IMG/VR virus record: IMGVR_UViG_3300050343_000122
Span: 1-64,000 of that record
Length of the DNA: 64,000 nucleotides
Strand: one strand, 5' to 3'
Origin: a virus
Below are positions 20,632-31,400 of this stretch, piece after piece. The translations under genes and the position numbers were made by a program. A model generated the notes under the pieces. The model was not told the origin of the DNA. It saw only the letters and a program-made list of their open reading frames with translations, and did no database searches. The stretch's first letter is position 1. Each line of letters opens with the position of its first letter.

Positions 20632-20707
20632 CAAATGTATTATTATTTAAAGACTTATCCAAGATACACTAATCGATTCTGGTAATTCTTTATAATCAGA
20701 TTAGTTA
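20632..20707 (-). promoter_or_regulatory. Bacteroidota-type promoter (-7 TACATTTG at 20632-20639) with upstream tandem operator-like motif (20670-20707)
   Basis: TAnnTTTG consensus. The upstream motif shares the TTCTTTATAA core and its spacing with 38964-39000. Confidence 0.65.
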
Positions 20708-23700
20708 TTGTTTTTTGAATTGTCTTAGTATATTACTATTCCTGTGGTTCTTTTTTACTTTTTTATTGATAGGTTTTAATTTTGTTCCGTACTTTCCAAC
20801 TGCTGTACTTGGATCATTTACATAATCGTATATAGGTTCAGCCCTTGCAGCATCTAACACTTCACCCATTGCGTCTTCATTTATACCTTCATTAGTAGAA
20901 TTAGTAGTTTGTCCACCTCCAAAACCACCACCAGTTAAATAATCAAAGATAGTTTGATACGGTCCAAAAGCAGATGTCTGTCCTTTACCAGGTATATTAA
21001 ACTGTGCCATTCCTTGATTAAATAAATCTAAATCTTCACTAAATCTAAAGTTAGGAAATAGTTCACGTAGAACTTTCTCTCTTCGGTTCTCTAGTTTATT
21101 CTGCTGATACTTATCAGATATAGACTTAACAATTTCTTGCTGTGTTGCTTTTGTATTAGCTACAGCTTGAGCTTGTCTTTGTTGTTGTTGATCATAAATA
21201 CCTAAGTTAGTAAGCCTTGCCTGATTAATCGCCTCAATGTTGCCAGAGTATACTTGATCTTTCATTGCTTGGTTCTGTCTAAACTCTTCAGCACCGACAC
21301 TATTAAGTGCATCAAAGAAAGGAGCTTGTGCAGCAGCTAGAGCTGCAGGATTATTTGCCAGTATAGGATTTTGAGCCATAGCTCTATACTGTGAGTTAAT
21401 TACATTTCTTTGATCCTGCAAACTTATATCGTAAGGAACTCTTAATCTAGGTTGGTATGTCTGTGCATAAACAGGATCAAGTTGATTGTTTGCAGCTGCA
21501 TTTATCTCAGGCAGTATCTGGTTATAATCAAGATCATTGTCTATAGGTCTTCTAAATAAGGGTCTAAGAAAACTTGCATCAAATGGTGTTTTTGGTTTTA
21601 CTGTAGTAGTTTCTGTAGTAGTTGCTTCTTCTTCTACCTCTGCAAATTCATATTCAGCAGGTGCAGCTTCCTTTGATTCTACCTCAGGGGTAAATCTAGC
21701 ACTAGAAGTTTCTTCACCAATAACACCATCTACATTTACTGACACGTTTATACCTGCATCTTTGTTTCTTTTATTAAATTCTCTTTGGAATCTTTTTACA
21801 TCTTCTTTCTTTCTACGATCAAAGTTCTCCCAATCAAACCAAGAGTTTTCTTTTACAAACGCTTCATAATCTGCTTCAGTTACATTACCAGCTAATCCTG
21901 TTTTATCATCATACTTCTGTCCTTTAGGCATATCACCTATATCAGAACCAGTTGCATCTTTACGATCAATTTTTTCTTTTGCTGGTGTCTTTTCCTTCTT
22001 CCACTTTTTCTGCTCTTCATCCCATGTAAAGCCAGCATCTTCAGCTTCTTTTATTGTTTTAAATTTTGTAGGAAGGTTATTTATTTTAAGACCACCTTGG
22101 GCTATAGGTATTTCTGTACCATCTTCAGCATAATCCTGTGTGTCTTTAACAGCTTCTATCTCACCTTTAGATAAGAACTTATTACCATCTATACCACGTT
22201 CATTAAATGTATCATTTAAGGCTGTTTGAAGATCAGCTAACATTTCTTTCTTATTAGCTATATCTTTTAATTTCATGTCACCACCTTGTACAATTGCATC
22301 TGAAGTTGATCTTACCAACTCGCCCCATTTAGTCTTTTGGGTATCTCCAGCATTTTCTACAGCTTTTCCCATTTGTTTATTTATTCTTGCTTCCTCATCA
22401 TTGAGGTTGTTTACATAGTTTTTAAACTTTTTACCTTTTGCATTATCGTCACCTAACTCTGATATAAAATTATTTGGTATTTTTAAATCTCCAAACACTA
22501 CTAAGTTTTCCTGGTTCCCACCGTCTTGCATAATTTGAGCTGGTTCATTTTCTACTTCTACCACTGCTTCATTATTAGCAACGGACTGTGGACCATACGC
22601 AACACCAATACCAGTTTGACCAGTCTTAGGATCTTTTTTATCATGCGAGTTACCAGAGAAATATAAACTTTCTCCCCCAGCATAAGGGTTATAGGATACA
22701 GCATTTACATCTCCACCCCATAGAGTTTTAACATTACCATCACCTGCTACCGATCCACCTTTTTGCATATGAGAAGCATATCCTGCGTGGATTTGAGGAC
22801 CTATCTTCATGTTGTTCATGTCGGAAATATTTGTATTGATAGCATCTCTAGCTATATCTTGTTTATTATCATTAGTGTCTATTAAACCTCCTATACCACT
22901 TCCAATAAAATCACCAATAGCACCACCAAGTGGTCCACCAACAAGCGTACCTATACCTCTACCAACACCACCACCAATATTGCTTCCTGCATCTCTACTA
23001 GCTTTATCTCCATAAAGTGAATTTCCTAACGTGTTTCCTATTGCATCATATGGTACTCCTCCACCATCTTGATACGATTTAACTATGCTAGGATTATTTA
23101 GTGGAACGTATCCTCCATCCTGAAGAGCACGCATGCTATTTACATTTCTTCTATTAAGCATTCTATTATGTTCTAATTTTTCTTTCATAGTTTCGTAGTA
23201 AGGTAGACCATAAGTAAATTCTCCTTTACCAAGAAGGTCATCTCCTTTTAGATTTAAGTTTCTAGGACCTCCAGCTCTAAAGTTATTTAGAAAATTACCA
23301 CCACGTTTAGCAAGTACGTTTGTGCCTACACCATAAATAGGGAAGAACTCTTCGCCTGTGTTCTGAATATCTTCAGGACGAACATAGTCTCTTTCTATTT
23401 CTTCTGGTTTAGTCAGAGCAGCCTGTCGTGCTATTGCACTTACCTCCTGCATTTGTTTAAGATCTTTTAGGGCATCCTTCTGACTTTTTATCTTACTGAT
23501 ACCCATCATGATATCTTTTGTAATAGGACTATTAAGGACTTGACCTAATTCCTCTGATTGTAAAAAGCTTCCCACTTTCTGTCCAAAATTCATAGCAGTT
23601 CCATCCTCATTGTATTGCCCTTTACTAAATGCTTTTCCAAACATACCAGATCCATCAGGATTACCATACTGATCTTGCTGTGGGATCTCAAATCCTAGAT

Positions 23701-24472
23701 CCATACTTTGTATCTGACCCAAACCAGTTTGTGCTTTAGGTGCTTCATGTCCCCAACCTTTTTTCTTAAGTGCTAAGTGCTCTTTGTAAGTCATAGCTTT
23801 CTTACCCTTCTTAGTCTTAGGATCATACATCATGTGTGGTTCAAACTTTTCAACCTTTCCACCTTTTTTAAGCATCTTACCAATTCTTTCAGCTTGGCTC
23901 TTGTGCATATTAGAAGCTTTGTATAACTCACCTTCTATCTTTTTCAATTTATCTTTACTAATTTTAGCACCCTTCTTACCAGCCACCATTCCTATTATTT
24001 CTGCATCACCAACTTCTACAGATCCTGTTGGACCACCTTCGCCTCCACCAAATAAACCACTAAGTCCTTCTAGTGCACCTCCCATGCCTTGTATTTTTCC
24101 TAATAGACCATCATCTTGTTTTTTGTTCATGTTAGCATACATAGCATCTATCTTTGCTTTGTATTCATAATCTTCTTTCTCCTCTTCAGTAGTCAAAGCA
24201 TCAACGCCAAGCTCATAGGCCCTATCTTTAAACTGATCAAAGTAATCCAAAGTATCTTTATTTACACTCTTTAGAAGTTCTGTACCGTCAATAACTTTAC
24301 GGTTATTACCAGCTTCCACATCAGTGTATTCTATAACATCACCTACTGCAGCTTTCTTAAGCTTAGCTAGTTCTTTTCCATGCTTCTTCATAAAAGCTGC
24401 CTCTGTAGGAAACTTCTTGTAGAATTCTTTTTCAGACTTAACGCCTGCTATTTTTAATATTTGAGCTTTCAT
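20705..24472 (-). CDS. Putative injected cargo protein with repeated x-x-GG motifs
   Basis: 1255 aa. Gly-rich hydrophobic segment (GGGVGRGIGTLVGGPLGGAIGDFIGSGIGG), VEVENE motif, Q/N-rich C-terminus and many (A/Q)xGG motifs. Confidence 0.65.
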   Translation of the reverse strand: MKAQILKIAGVKSEKEFYKKFPTEAAFMKKHGKELAKLKKAAVGDVIEYTDVEAGNNRKVIDGTELLKSVNKDTLDYFDQFKDRAYELGVDALTTEEEKEDYEYKAKIDAMYANMNKKQDDGLLGKIQGMGGALEGLSGLFGGGEGGPTGSVEVGDAEIIGMVAGKKGAKISKDKLKKIEGELYKASNMHKSQAERIGKMLKKGGKVEKFEPHMMYDPKTKKGKKAMTYKEHLALKKKGWGHEAPKAQTGLGQIQSMDLGFEIPQQDQYGNPDGSGMFGKAFSKGQYNEDGTAMNFGQKVGSFLQSEELGQVLNSPITKDIMMGISKIKSQKDALKDLKQMQEVSAIARQAALTKPEEIERDYVRPEDIQNTGEEFFPIYGVGTNVLAKRGGNFLNNFRAGGPRNLNLKGDDLLGKGEFTYGLPYYETMKEKLEHNRMLNRRNVNSMRALQDGGYVPLNNPSIVKSYQDGGGVPYDAIGNTLGNSLYGDKASRDAGSNIGGGVGRGIGTLVGGPLGGAIGDFIGSGIGGLIDTNDNKQDIARDAINTNISDMNNMKIGPQIHAGYASHMQKGGSVAGDGNVKTLWGGDVNAVSYNPYAGGESLYFSGNSHDKKDPKTGQTGIGVAYGPQSVANNEAVVEVENEPAQIMQDGGNQENLVVFGDLKIPNNFISELGDDNAKGKKFKNYVNNLNDEEARINKQMGKAVENAGDTQKTKWGELVRSTSDAIVQGGDMKLKDIANKKEMLADLQTALNDTFNERGIDGNKFLSKGEIEAVKDTQDYAEDGTEIPIAQGGLKINNLPTKFKTIKEAEDAGFTWDEEQKKWKKEKTPAKEKIDRKDATGSDIGDMPKGQKYDDKTGLAGNVTEADYEAFVKENSWFDWENFDRRKKEDVKRFQREFNKRNKDAGINVSVNVDGVIGEETSSARFTPEVESKEAAPAEYEFAEVEEEATTTETTTVKPKTPFDASFLRPLFRRPIDNDLDYNQILPEINAAANNQLDPVYAQTYQPRLRVPYDISLQDQRNVINSQYRAMAQNPILANNPAALAAAQAPFFDALNSVGAEEFRQNQAMKDQVYSGNIEAINQARLTNLGIYDQQQQRQAQAVANTKATQQEIVKSISDKYQQNKLENRREKVLRELFPNFRFSEDLDLFNQGMAQFNIPGKGQTSAFGPYQTIFDYLTGGGFGGGQTTNSTNEGINEDAMGEVLDAARAEPIYDYVNDPSTAVGKYGTKLKPINKKVKKNHRNSNILRQFKKQ

Positions 24473-24476
24473 ATTA

Positions 24477-27400
24477 TTAGTATTTGTCTAACCAGCCTCC
24501 TGGTTGTGGTGTATTATAGTTCGTAAAGTTAGTTAATTGATCTAAGCTGACCAAAGATTCTCCCTGCTTTGCATAACCCATGTTAGAAGATTTAGATAAT
24601 TTAGTGTTATCTGATACAGTATTTAAAAGTTCCAGTATCTCCTCATCGTTGTATACCTCTTGCAACTCTCTAAACTGTTCATTATCTTTCATCACTTCCA
24701 TCATGTCAGAGGTTACCTCTGAATCAAAGATGCTAGGCATTCCTTCCTCTTTTCCAATTGGACTAGTTTCATAGAAATATCTAATAGAATTAAGTCTTGC
24801 TCTAGTTTCTGTTGGATCACCTATATAGTTTACCCTGTCTTTAATATCTCCTCTAACTTTTCTAGGTGCATCTAATTTCTTTGTGTCCTTAAGAGTTCTC
24901 TTTCTATATTTATTAATAAGCTTTTGATCACTAGATGGTATAGTTAATCTATTAAACTCAGCACCTGGTGAGAAATCTTGAGCGTGTGACAACTCATGAA
25001 GTACTACATCTTTATCTTGATTACCTATTAGTTTAGGTTCTGATGTATCTAGAAGACTAGAGTTTAATTTAATGTCATGCCTGCTACGATTATATCTACC
25101 TAAGAAGTCATCAGCATGGTCATCAATACTAAAATCAACGTTATCTAAATTGTTTATTCTTTTGTAAGTTAGTCTCTCTATATCTTTTTCATCTCCATCA
25201 AAACTATTACTTAATAGTTCTTGACCTCTTTTAGAATTTGTCCAGTCTTTTAAAAAGTCAACTTGAGGTGAAGTGTCAGGAACTCTGTTTATATATGGAA
25301 AGCTTGATGTCGCTGTTTTAAGTTTAAGTCCATCCTGTGCCATAGGATACTCTGTTACAGAGCTACCATCGTATGTGTAATTCTCAACACCTGGTTGCAT
25401 CATCTTTGTATCACCAGTGTCAGATATTCCAAGTACAGGATAGTTAACACCCTTCATTGTTATATTGTTGGAGTTTATTTTAGTTATCTTTCCTGGGTGT
25501 GCTAATTGTCCTCTATTATCTTCTATCACACCACCTTCTTGAAACTTGTCTAACCATCCACCATCTTGAGCTTTCTGACAACTACCCTTACTAAAAGGTG
25601 TCTTACCAGCAACTGTTTTATATCCTGGCCAACATCTTCCACCATCTCTTTGTTGAGGTATACTACCAATAGCAACAGGTGCTGCTACAGCAGGAAGAAC
25701 TTTAAACAGATTCTTAAATGCTTTTTTATCTTTTATCATTTTAAAGAACCTTACATCCACTGAAGTTTTACCTGCTTTACCTTCCGATATTATTTTATTT
25801 ATCAAGTCATCAGAAACCTCATATTGTTTATCTGTTCCCCAAAACTTTTTAGGTATGTATTCCATTCTTAACTCATCAATCCTTCCAGCAACTTCTTGTG
25901 GTCTAGATAGATATTCTATACTTTCTGTTGTATCATCTCCTAAGTTTTTTATATTTCCATAAACTTTTTGGATATCCTTTTTGTGAGCTCCTGTTAACAC
26001 CTTTGTGTAATCATCTGTTACCTGAGGAACAGCAGATTGAATTGTTCTAGCATATTCAGGCTTAGTAGCTCTTGCACCAATATCCATTGCATGTTTATTT
26101 TCATGTGCAATAGTTCTTGAAAGTTTCCAATTCCTTTGGGATAAATTTGGAAATCTTGATTCAAACCTAGGAAGAGAAATAAGTGACCTATTTTCTGAAG
26201 CTCTAAAGAACCCTAGTGTGTTAGGGTTCTTAGCAAAATAGCTTATATCATCAGCACTTGTAGGTGCCATTACTTTTGTAAATCTACCTGTTGCTCCTAT
26301 TTGATCTACATTCATTCTAGCATTATTAGCGTAGTTAATTTTATTAGCTCCTTCAACTACCTGATCGTTTAACCTTCTTAGTAACATTGCATCATCAGCA
26401 AGTCTTGGGAACATTTTATGTATTGCACTTAAAGGTACACTTAGTTCACCGCTTGGTGTAAATAGCTCTGGTTGTTTTGCTTTTAATTGTTCAAGACCTC
26501 GTTTGTATAAATTTTGATTATTACGAACTTGTCTGGTTAGACCGGGATCATTAAATTGATATGTAAAATCATCAAATCTTGTTTGAAACCCTGGAGCTTT
26601 TTGCCAAGTCTTATTAAAGTCAGCAGCTGCTTTAACACCACTTTCATTAAAACCTCTAAATTTAGATTTAAACGGTCCTCCCTTTAGTAGTCCCATTAAT
26701 TCAGTAAGACCTACCCTAGTGTCTGACAAAGGATTAGTAAGATTATCTACTCCTCTTTTAAGTGATTGTCTTAGTGAAGGTGCTGCTGCATCAACACTTG
26801 CATCTACTAGTCCAGATTGTCCAAGACCTCTATAGTACATGTTTGGTTTGGATTTCAATGCATTCGTAAAAGGTGCCATAAGAGGTTTTTTAAACAAACC
26901 TGCACCTATATATGTTGTGGGATCTGTTGCTATATCAAGAGCGATTGCTCCAACTGGATTCTCAATGTTTAATACTTGAGATGGTGTTCTTTGTGTATCA
27001 AATGTAAGTGCATTTAAAAAGTTGGCATCTCTACCTCTTAGTGCTTGTATACCCTCCACCATAAGCGATTGAGGAACTTGTAATGCAGATAAAGGTTGTT
27101 GCACTAACATACCTGTTACCATATCCCTGGTGTCTTCAGCAAGTCCTCTTTTTGTATAAGCAGCTCTTCTTACACCTCTACCAATCGGACCATCATCATT
27201 AAAGTATTTTCTTTGCTCTGCACTTAAATCATTATAGTAAGGATACTTCTCATAGTCTACCCCTGAGTACATTACTACCTCATCTAGTTGATTAGGAACA
27301 TCAGCAAATGTACCCTCTTCATATGCTTTTTTATATTCAGGAGTGCCATACATAACTGTACCATCCTGAGCTTTCTTAGGTTCTTCAGGAGATGTTCCAG

Positions 27401-27605
27401 ACGTACGTGCATACATCATACCAGATGCACCTGGAAGACTTCCTCCCATAGCAAACTTATCTAACCAACCACCGTTAATTGCTTTCACAGGCGTAGCACC
27501 TCCAGCTATAGCACCGAAGTATTTCTTCTGCTTATCAGTCAGACCTCTCCCATGGACAGTTCCGTCTTCTAAAATCTTTCTCGCTTTACCTGGTGTTAAT
27601 GCCAT
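24477..27605 (-). CDS. Modular cargo-type protein with two zincin-like HExxH metallopeptidase domains
   Basis: 1042 aa. HENKH (26091-26105) with downstream YLSRPQEVAGR; HELSH (24984-24998) with downstream YIGDPTETRAR; GGWLDK occurs three times. Confidence 0.7.
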   Translation of the reverse strand: MALTPGKARKILEDGTVHGRGLTDKQKKYFGAIAGGATPVKAINGGWLDKFAMGGSLPGASGMMYARTSGTSPEEPKKAQDGTVMYGTPEYKKAYEEGTFADVPNQLDEVVMYSGVDYEKYPYYNDLSAEQRKYFNDDGPIGRGVRRAAYTKRGLAEDTRDMVTGMLVQQPLSALQVPQSLMVEGIQALRGRDANFLNALTFDTQRTPSQVLNIENPVGAIALDIATDPTTYIGAGLFKKPLMAPFTNALKSKPNMYYRGLGQSGLVDASVDAAAPSLRQSLKRGVDNLTNPLSDTRVGLTELMGLLKGGPFKSKFRGFNESGVKAAADFNKTWQKAPGFQTRFDDFTYQFNDPGLTRQVRNNQNLYKRGLEQLKAKQPELFTPSGELSVPLSAIHKMFPRLADDAMLLRRLNDQVVEGANKINYANNARMNVDQIGATGRFTKVMAPTSADDISYFAKNPNTLGFFRASENRSLISLPRFESRFPNLSQRNWKLSRTIAHENKHAMDIGARATKPEYARTIQSAVPQVTDDYTKVLTGAHKKDIQKVYGNIKNLGDDTTESIEYLSRPQEVAGRIDELRMEYIPKKFWGTDKQYEVSDDLINKIISEGKAGKTSVDVRFFKMIKDKKAFKNLFKVLPAVAAPVAIGSIPQQRDGGRCWPGYKTVAGKTPFSKGSCQKAQDGGWLDKFQEGGVIEDNRGQLAHPGKITKINSNNITMKGVNYPVLGISDTGDTKMMQPGVENYTYDGSSVTEYPMAQDGLKLKTATSSFPYINRVPDTSPQVDFLKDWTNSKRGQELLSNSFDGDEKDIERLTYKRINNLDNVDFSIDDHADDFLGRYNRSRHDIKLNSSLLDTSEPKLIGNQDKDVVLHELSHAQDFSPGAEFNRLTIPSSDQKLINKYRKRTLKDTKKLDAPRKVRGDIKDRVNYIGDPTETRARLNSIRYFYETSPIGKEEGMPSIFDSEVTSDMMEVMKDNEQFRELQEVYNDEEILELLNTVSDNTKLSKSSNMGYAKQGESLVSLDQLTNFTNYNTPQPGGWLDKY

Positions 27606-28471
27606 TACTTATATGATATTTGTGCTGGTGCTACAATAAATTGACTAACTATGTGTGTAGTAGATGTATTATCTAATATATGTCTTACCTTTAAATCCTT
27701 TGCTCTAAGTTGTGACTTCTTAAATGATAGGTCACCATAGTTCATGTTATCTTGATTTACCTCCTTATCCAAAGATAGTGATGTACACGGTGTTTCAAAT
27801 AAAGGAACATTACTACTTTTTTGTAATGCCCAAAAAGTATTATACTGATAAAAGTTATCACTTTTAGTGAATACAATCGTCTTACTGTCACTATTTAATA
27901 TAGGATATTGTAAGTATGAACTTAGATCATTCATAGGTTTAGGTACAAGTTCTAGTATACCTGTTGATTGTTGTCCGTTATATAATACAGCTTTATTAAA
28001 GTATTTATTATCTGTCTGAACTTTACTGTTGTCATCAAATGCCCCAACAGTAGAAGGTATATATGTATATGTCTTACTATAATCTTTTATGTTCTGTACT
28101 ATTTGATCATTATACTTGTAATCAAATGGATACTCAATGATGTAAGGAGAAATGTCCCCATAGTAATAGTTATATAAACTATCGTTTCTCAAGTGAGTCC
28201 ACAAACATCCTGTTCTTTTAGGAACAAATTTAGAATTTCTATAATCAAATCCATTTATCTTTCCTTGAACATCAAAAGATTTTACAAACTCGCAGTCCCC
28301 TGTTGAGGTTAGCGTAATAACTCTCACTGCATTTTGTACATCATAGGACACACCTGTTATTAATGTAAACAAAGATACGCCTGTAGCTATAGTATTACCT
28401 AAGTCATCAGTGATTGTAAACGGTCCTACGTTAGGACTAGCAGATGTTATTTTTATACTTATTGTTTTCAT
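27605..28471 (-). CDS. GPF domain fused to the probable C-terminal part of the tail stabilization (muzzle) protein
   Basis: 288 aa. N-terminal SASPNVGPF...ITLTSTGDC domain, followed by LWTHL..YNYYYG..PYIIEYPF...FNKAVLYNGQQSTG. Confidence 0.6.
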   Translation of the reverse strand: MKTISIKITSASPNVGPFTITDDLGNTIATGVSLFTLITGVSYDVQNAVRVITLTSTGDCEFVKSFDVQGKINGFDYRNSKFVPKRTGCLWTHLRNDSLYNYYYGDISPYIIEYPFDYKYNDQIVQNIKDYSKTYTYIPSTVGAFDDNSKVQTDNKYFNKAVLYNGQQSTGILELVPKPMNDLSSYLQYPILNSDSKTIVFTKSDNFYQYNTFWALQKSSNVPLFETPCTSLSLDKEVNQDNMNYGDLSFKKSQLRAKDLKVRHILDNTSTTHIVSQFIVAPAQISYK

Positions 28472-28473
28472 AT

Positions 28474-31400
28474 TTATATATCACAAGCACCTATTAGTGT
28501 GGCTGATGGTCCTAGATCACCAGGTGTATTAGTATTTGCACAAATGAAACTAGTCTGACCTGTTGCAACAGATACAACTTGTTCTATTCCACTACAGTCT
28601 GTATACCTTATTGCTATTGGTCCAGTAATTTCCCACTTAGAACAATTAGGTTGTATACTTGTAGTAGTAGTTGTTGTTGGAGCAAGTGTAGTACTAGTTG
28701 TTGTGGTTGTTGGTCCTGCACTTGGACTAACGCATGATGTAAGTTGAGTTATATTTGTTGGACTAAAGTAGTTTTCGATCTTTCCTTTACCACTAGTAGC
28801 TCCTTCTAGAACTACTTCAAATGGAGAGAAAGGTGCCACAGAAAACTGAGCATATGGGTAAACAGGAGTATTTCCTTTACATACAATTATAATGTCACAG
28901 TCACACGAATGGATTGTTATATCCACTCCACTAAATTCACTACTAGTAATAGTAGAAACTATCTCTGGAGTTACTACTTGGTTATCATAATCCCACTGAA
29001 CATATTCAAATGCTCCTGTTGCTATTACTTCTCTAATTGTTATTAGTTTACCTTCAGTTGTGTATAATAAATTAGTAGGGTATGTGTAACCAGTTTGTAA
29101 AAGAATTTTCGATGATGGGATTCCACTTGTTGTATCTATTTCTACTATAAATCCTTGAGCTGTATCTATTGCAAGAATTGCACTGTCATCTTTAACTACC
29201 ACTCCAGCAGTTGTACCAAATGCATTATCAGCGATTACTAAATCTGAATCTGCTACTACAGTCCATGGGCTTGTTGTAATTGTCCATTTCTTAAATGAAG
29301 TATTAATACCTGGTGAAACTGCGTATAGAGCAGTTGGGCCAACAGCTAACTTACCAGACGTATAGCCAGGAATATTTATATAGGCATAGTTAACCCAATC
29401 TTGTTCTACATTTTGAAGAACTACATTACCATCATCATCATTATAAATAAGTCCACAACATTGATCTAGATCTCCATTAAACATAGTAGTTGTAGTAGTT
29501 AATGTATTACAATCACATGGTACTTGTTCTAACAATATTCCATCTTCAACATAATTAGCAGTTTGATAAGAGTTTATATCTACACTAGTATACCAACCAT
29601 CAGGAACTTTTGTACAAGAATCATCATCACCAAAATAAAGAACTTGTCCTATAGATACGTTAGCACCATTAACATCTGCTCCTGAATATTCGAACGTGAA
29701 GTTTATAGGTACAGCCTCATCATTACTATTTAGATTTGCTAAAAATGCTCCTATAGCACAAGCACTTGCTGCACTTGATGATCCTATAATAGGAGCAGGT
29801 TCAGTCATAATCTGATAACCTTCTGTAAAAGTAGATTGTGAAAGAGGTGAAGGTCTAGAACAAATTGTTGTAGTAGTAGGACTAGGAACAGTAATATATC
29901 CTACACCATCTATGTCACAATTTATTTCTTCTAATATTGATATATCAAGATCACAATCAGGAACATATCCTGTAGTAGTTGTAGTAGTAAATAAAGGATC
30001 AGATGAAGTTGTGGTAGTAGTTGTTCTAATTTCTTCAGGTTCTACCTCTCCAAACCATCCATCCAGATATGGAGTCTCTTCCCCTATTTCAGATCTATCA
30101 GGAGTTTCTAACACTGCTGTAAATTGTGTACAACAGTTATTTATACCAGAATAGTAAAAGTTGTTTTCACCAATGTAGAAATTAGGTAGATAGGAATGAA
30201 AAGATATCCAACTTCTAGTACTAAAGTCAAAAGACATAGTCCAAGATTTGTTACAGAAATACTCTCTATCAAATAAGTATACTTCTTGTTCTTGTTCTGT
30301 TTCTCCTACCGTTACATAAAACTTCTTATTTACAGAATCATACCTTACATCATCGTTAACAGGAATATAGTCTAACTTAGTAATAATTACTCTATCAAAC
30401 CTATTATCATATACACCGTGTAACCCAATGCCATTAAAATGGTTGTCTGTATAAACATCTGGGAAGTATTCTAGAATCTCAAAAGGTAAATGACTTGTCA
30501 TAAATCTATTTACACCTGATCCAAACTTAGTCATGTCTATAACTTTTGACCCAGCCATTAAGAATATCTGACCTCTTTTTGCATCTGCAGTAACTGCTCC
30601 GTATGGAACTTTTAGTAAGAACTTATTTTGAGAACCTACATATCCCAAATCTGTCTCTGCAAAATCTATAGGAGGTGCTCCATCAAACAATCTAGGATTA
30701 CCTATATATGCTGCTTGAGGATTACTGGTATCAATAGTTAGTAACTTGTTATATAGCAAAGCTTTATTTTCAAACCTTGCCAATACAGCCTTATCCATCA
30801 TTCCATCTAAAGATGTTAGATTACCGTAGTTTTGTGGGAAGTCATGGTAAGAAAGAGCTCTATATACTAACCAGTTGTTTACTCTATTATCTGCACTGTC
30901 CCCTTGTGTATCTGAATAAATTGCTCTGAATGGAAAGAATGTATAACATTCAGCTATCCAATCTGGAGGCAGTTGACTAAACACATTTTCTTTGTTCTGT
31001 TTAGAGAATGTTACATTATAGTAATACGTATTATCTTGAGCAATTGGTACATTTGTTTCTTGTAACCAGTCATCAGGAATACCTGAACTTACATGAGGCC
31101 AGAAGTCTCCTTCTTTTGTATTAAATGCTTGCCTTAAGTCTGTATTATATACACTCTCACAATAGAAATTAGGAACACCATATGCCCATAGATACATATA
31201 TCCATCATAAAATGATCTATATGTTCCTGCATAAGACTCTTGATCATTAGGAGGTGGACCAATTAAAGAAGGATCGCTAGGACAATCAAGATTATGTGCT
31301 TTAGTTGATATAAGATTGTACATTAACTGATCAGGGTCGCCTGATGTTACATTATAAGGTTCTAAGATAGATCTTGCCGAATGCCAGTATTTAGGATAAG

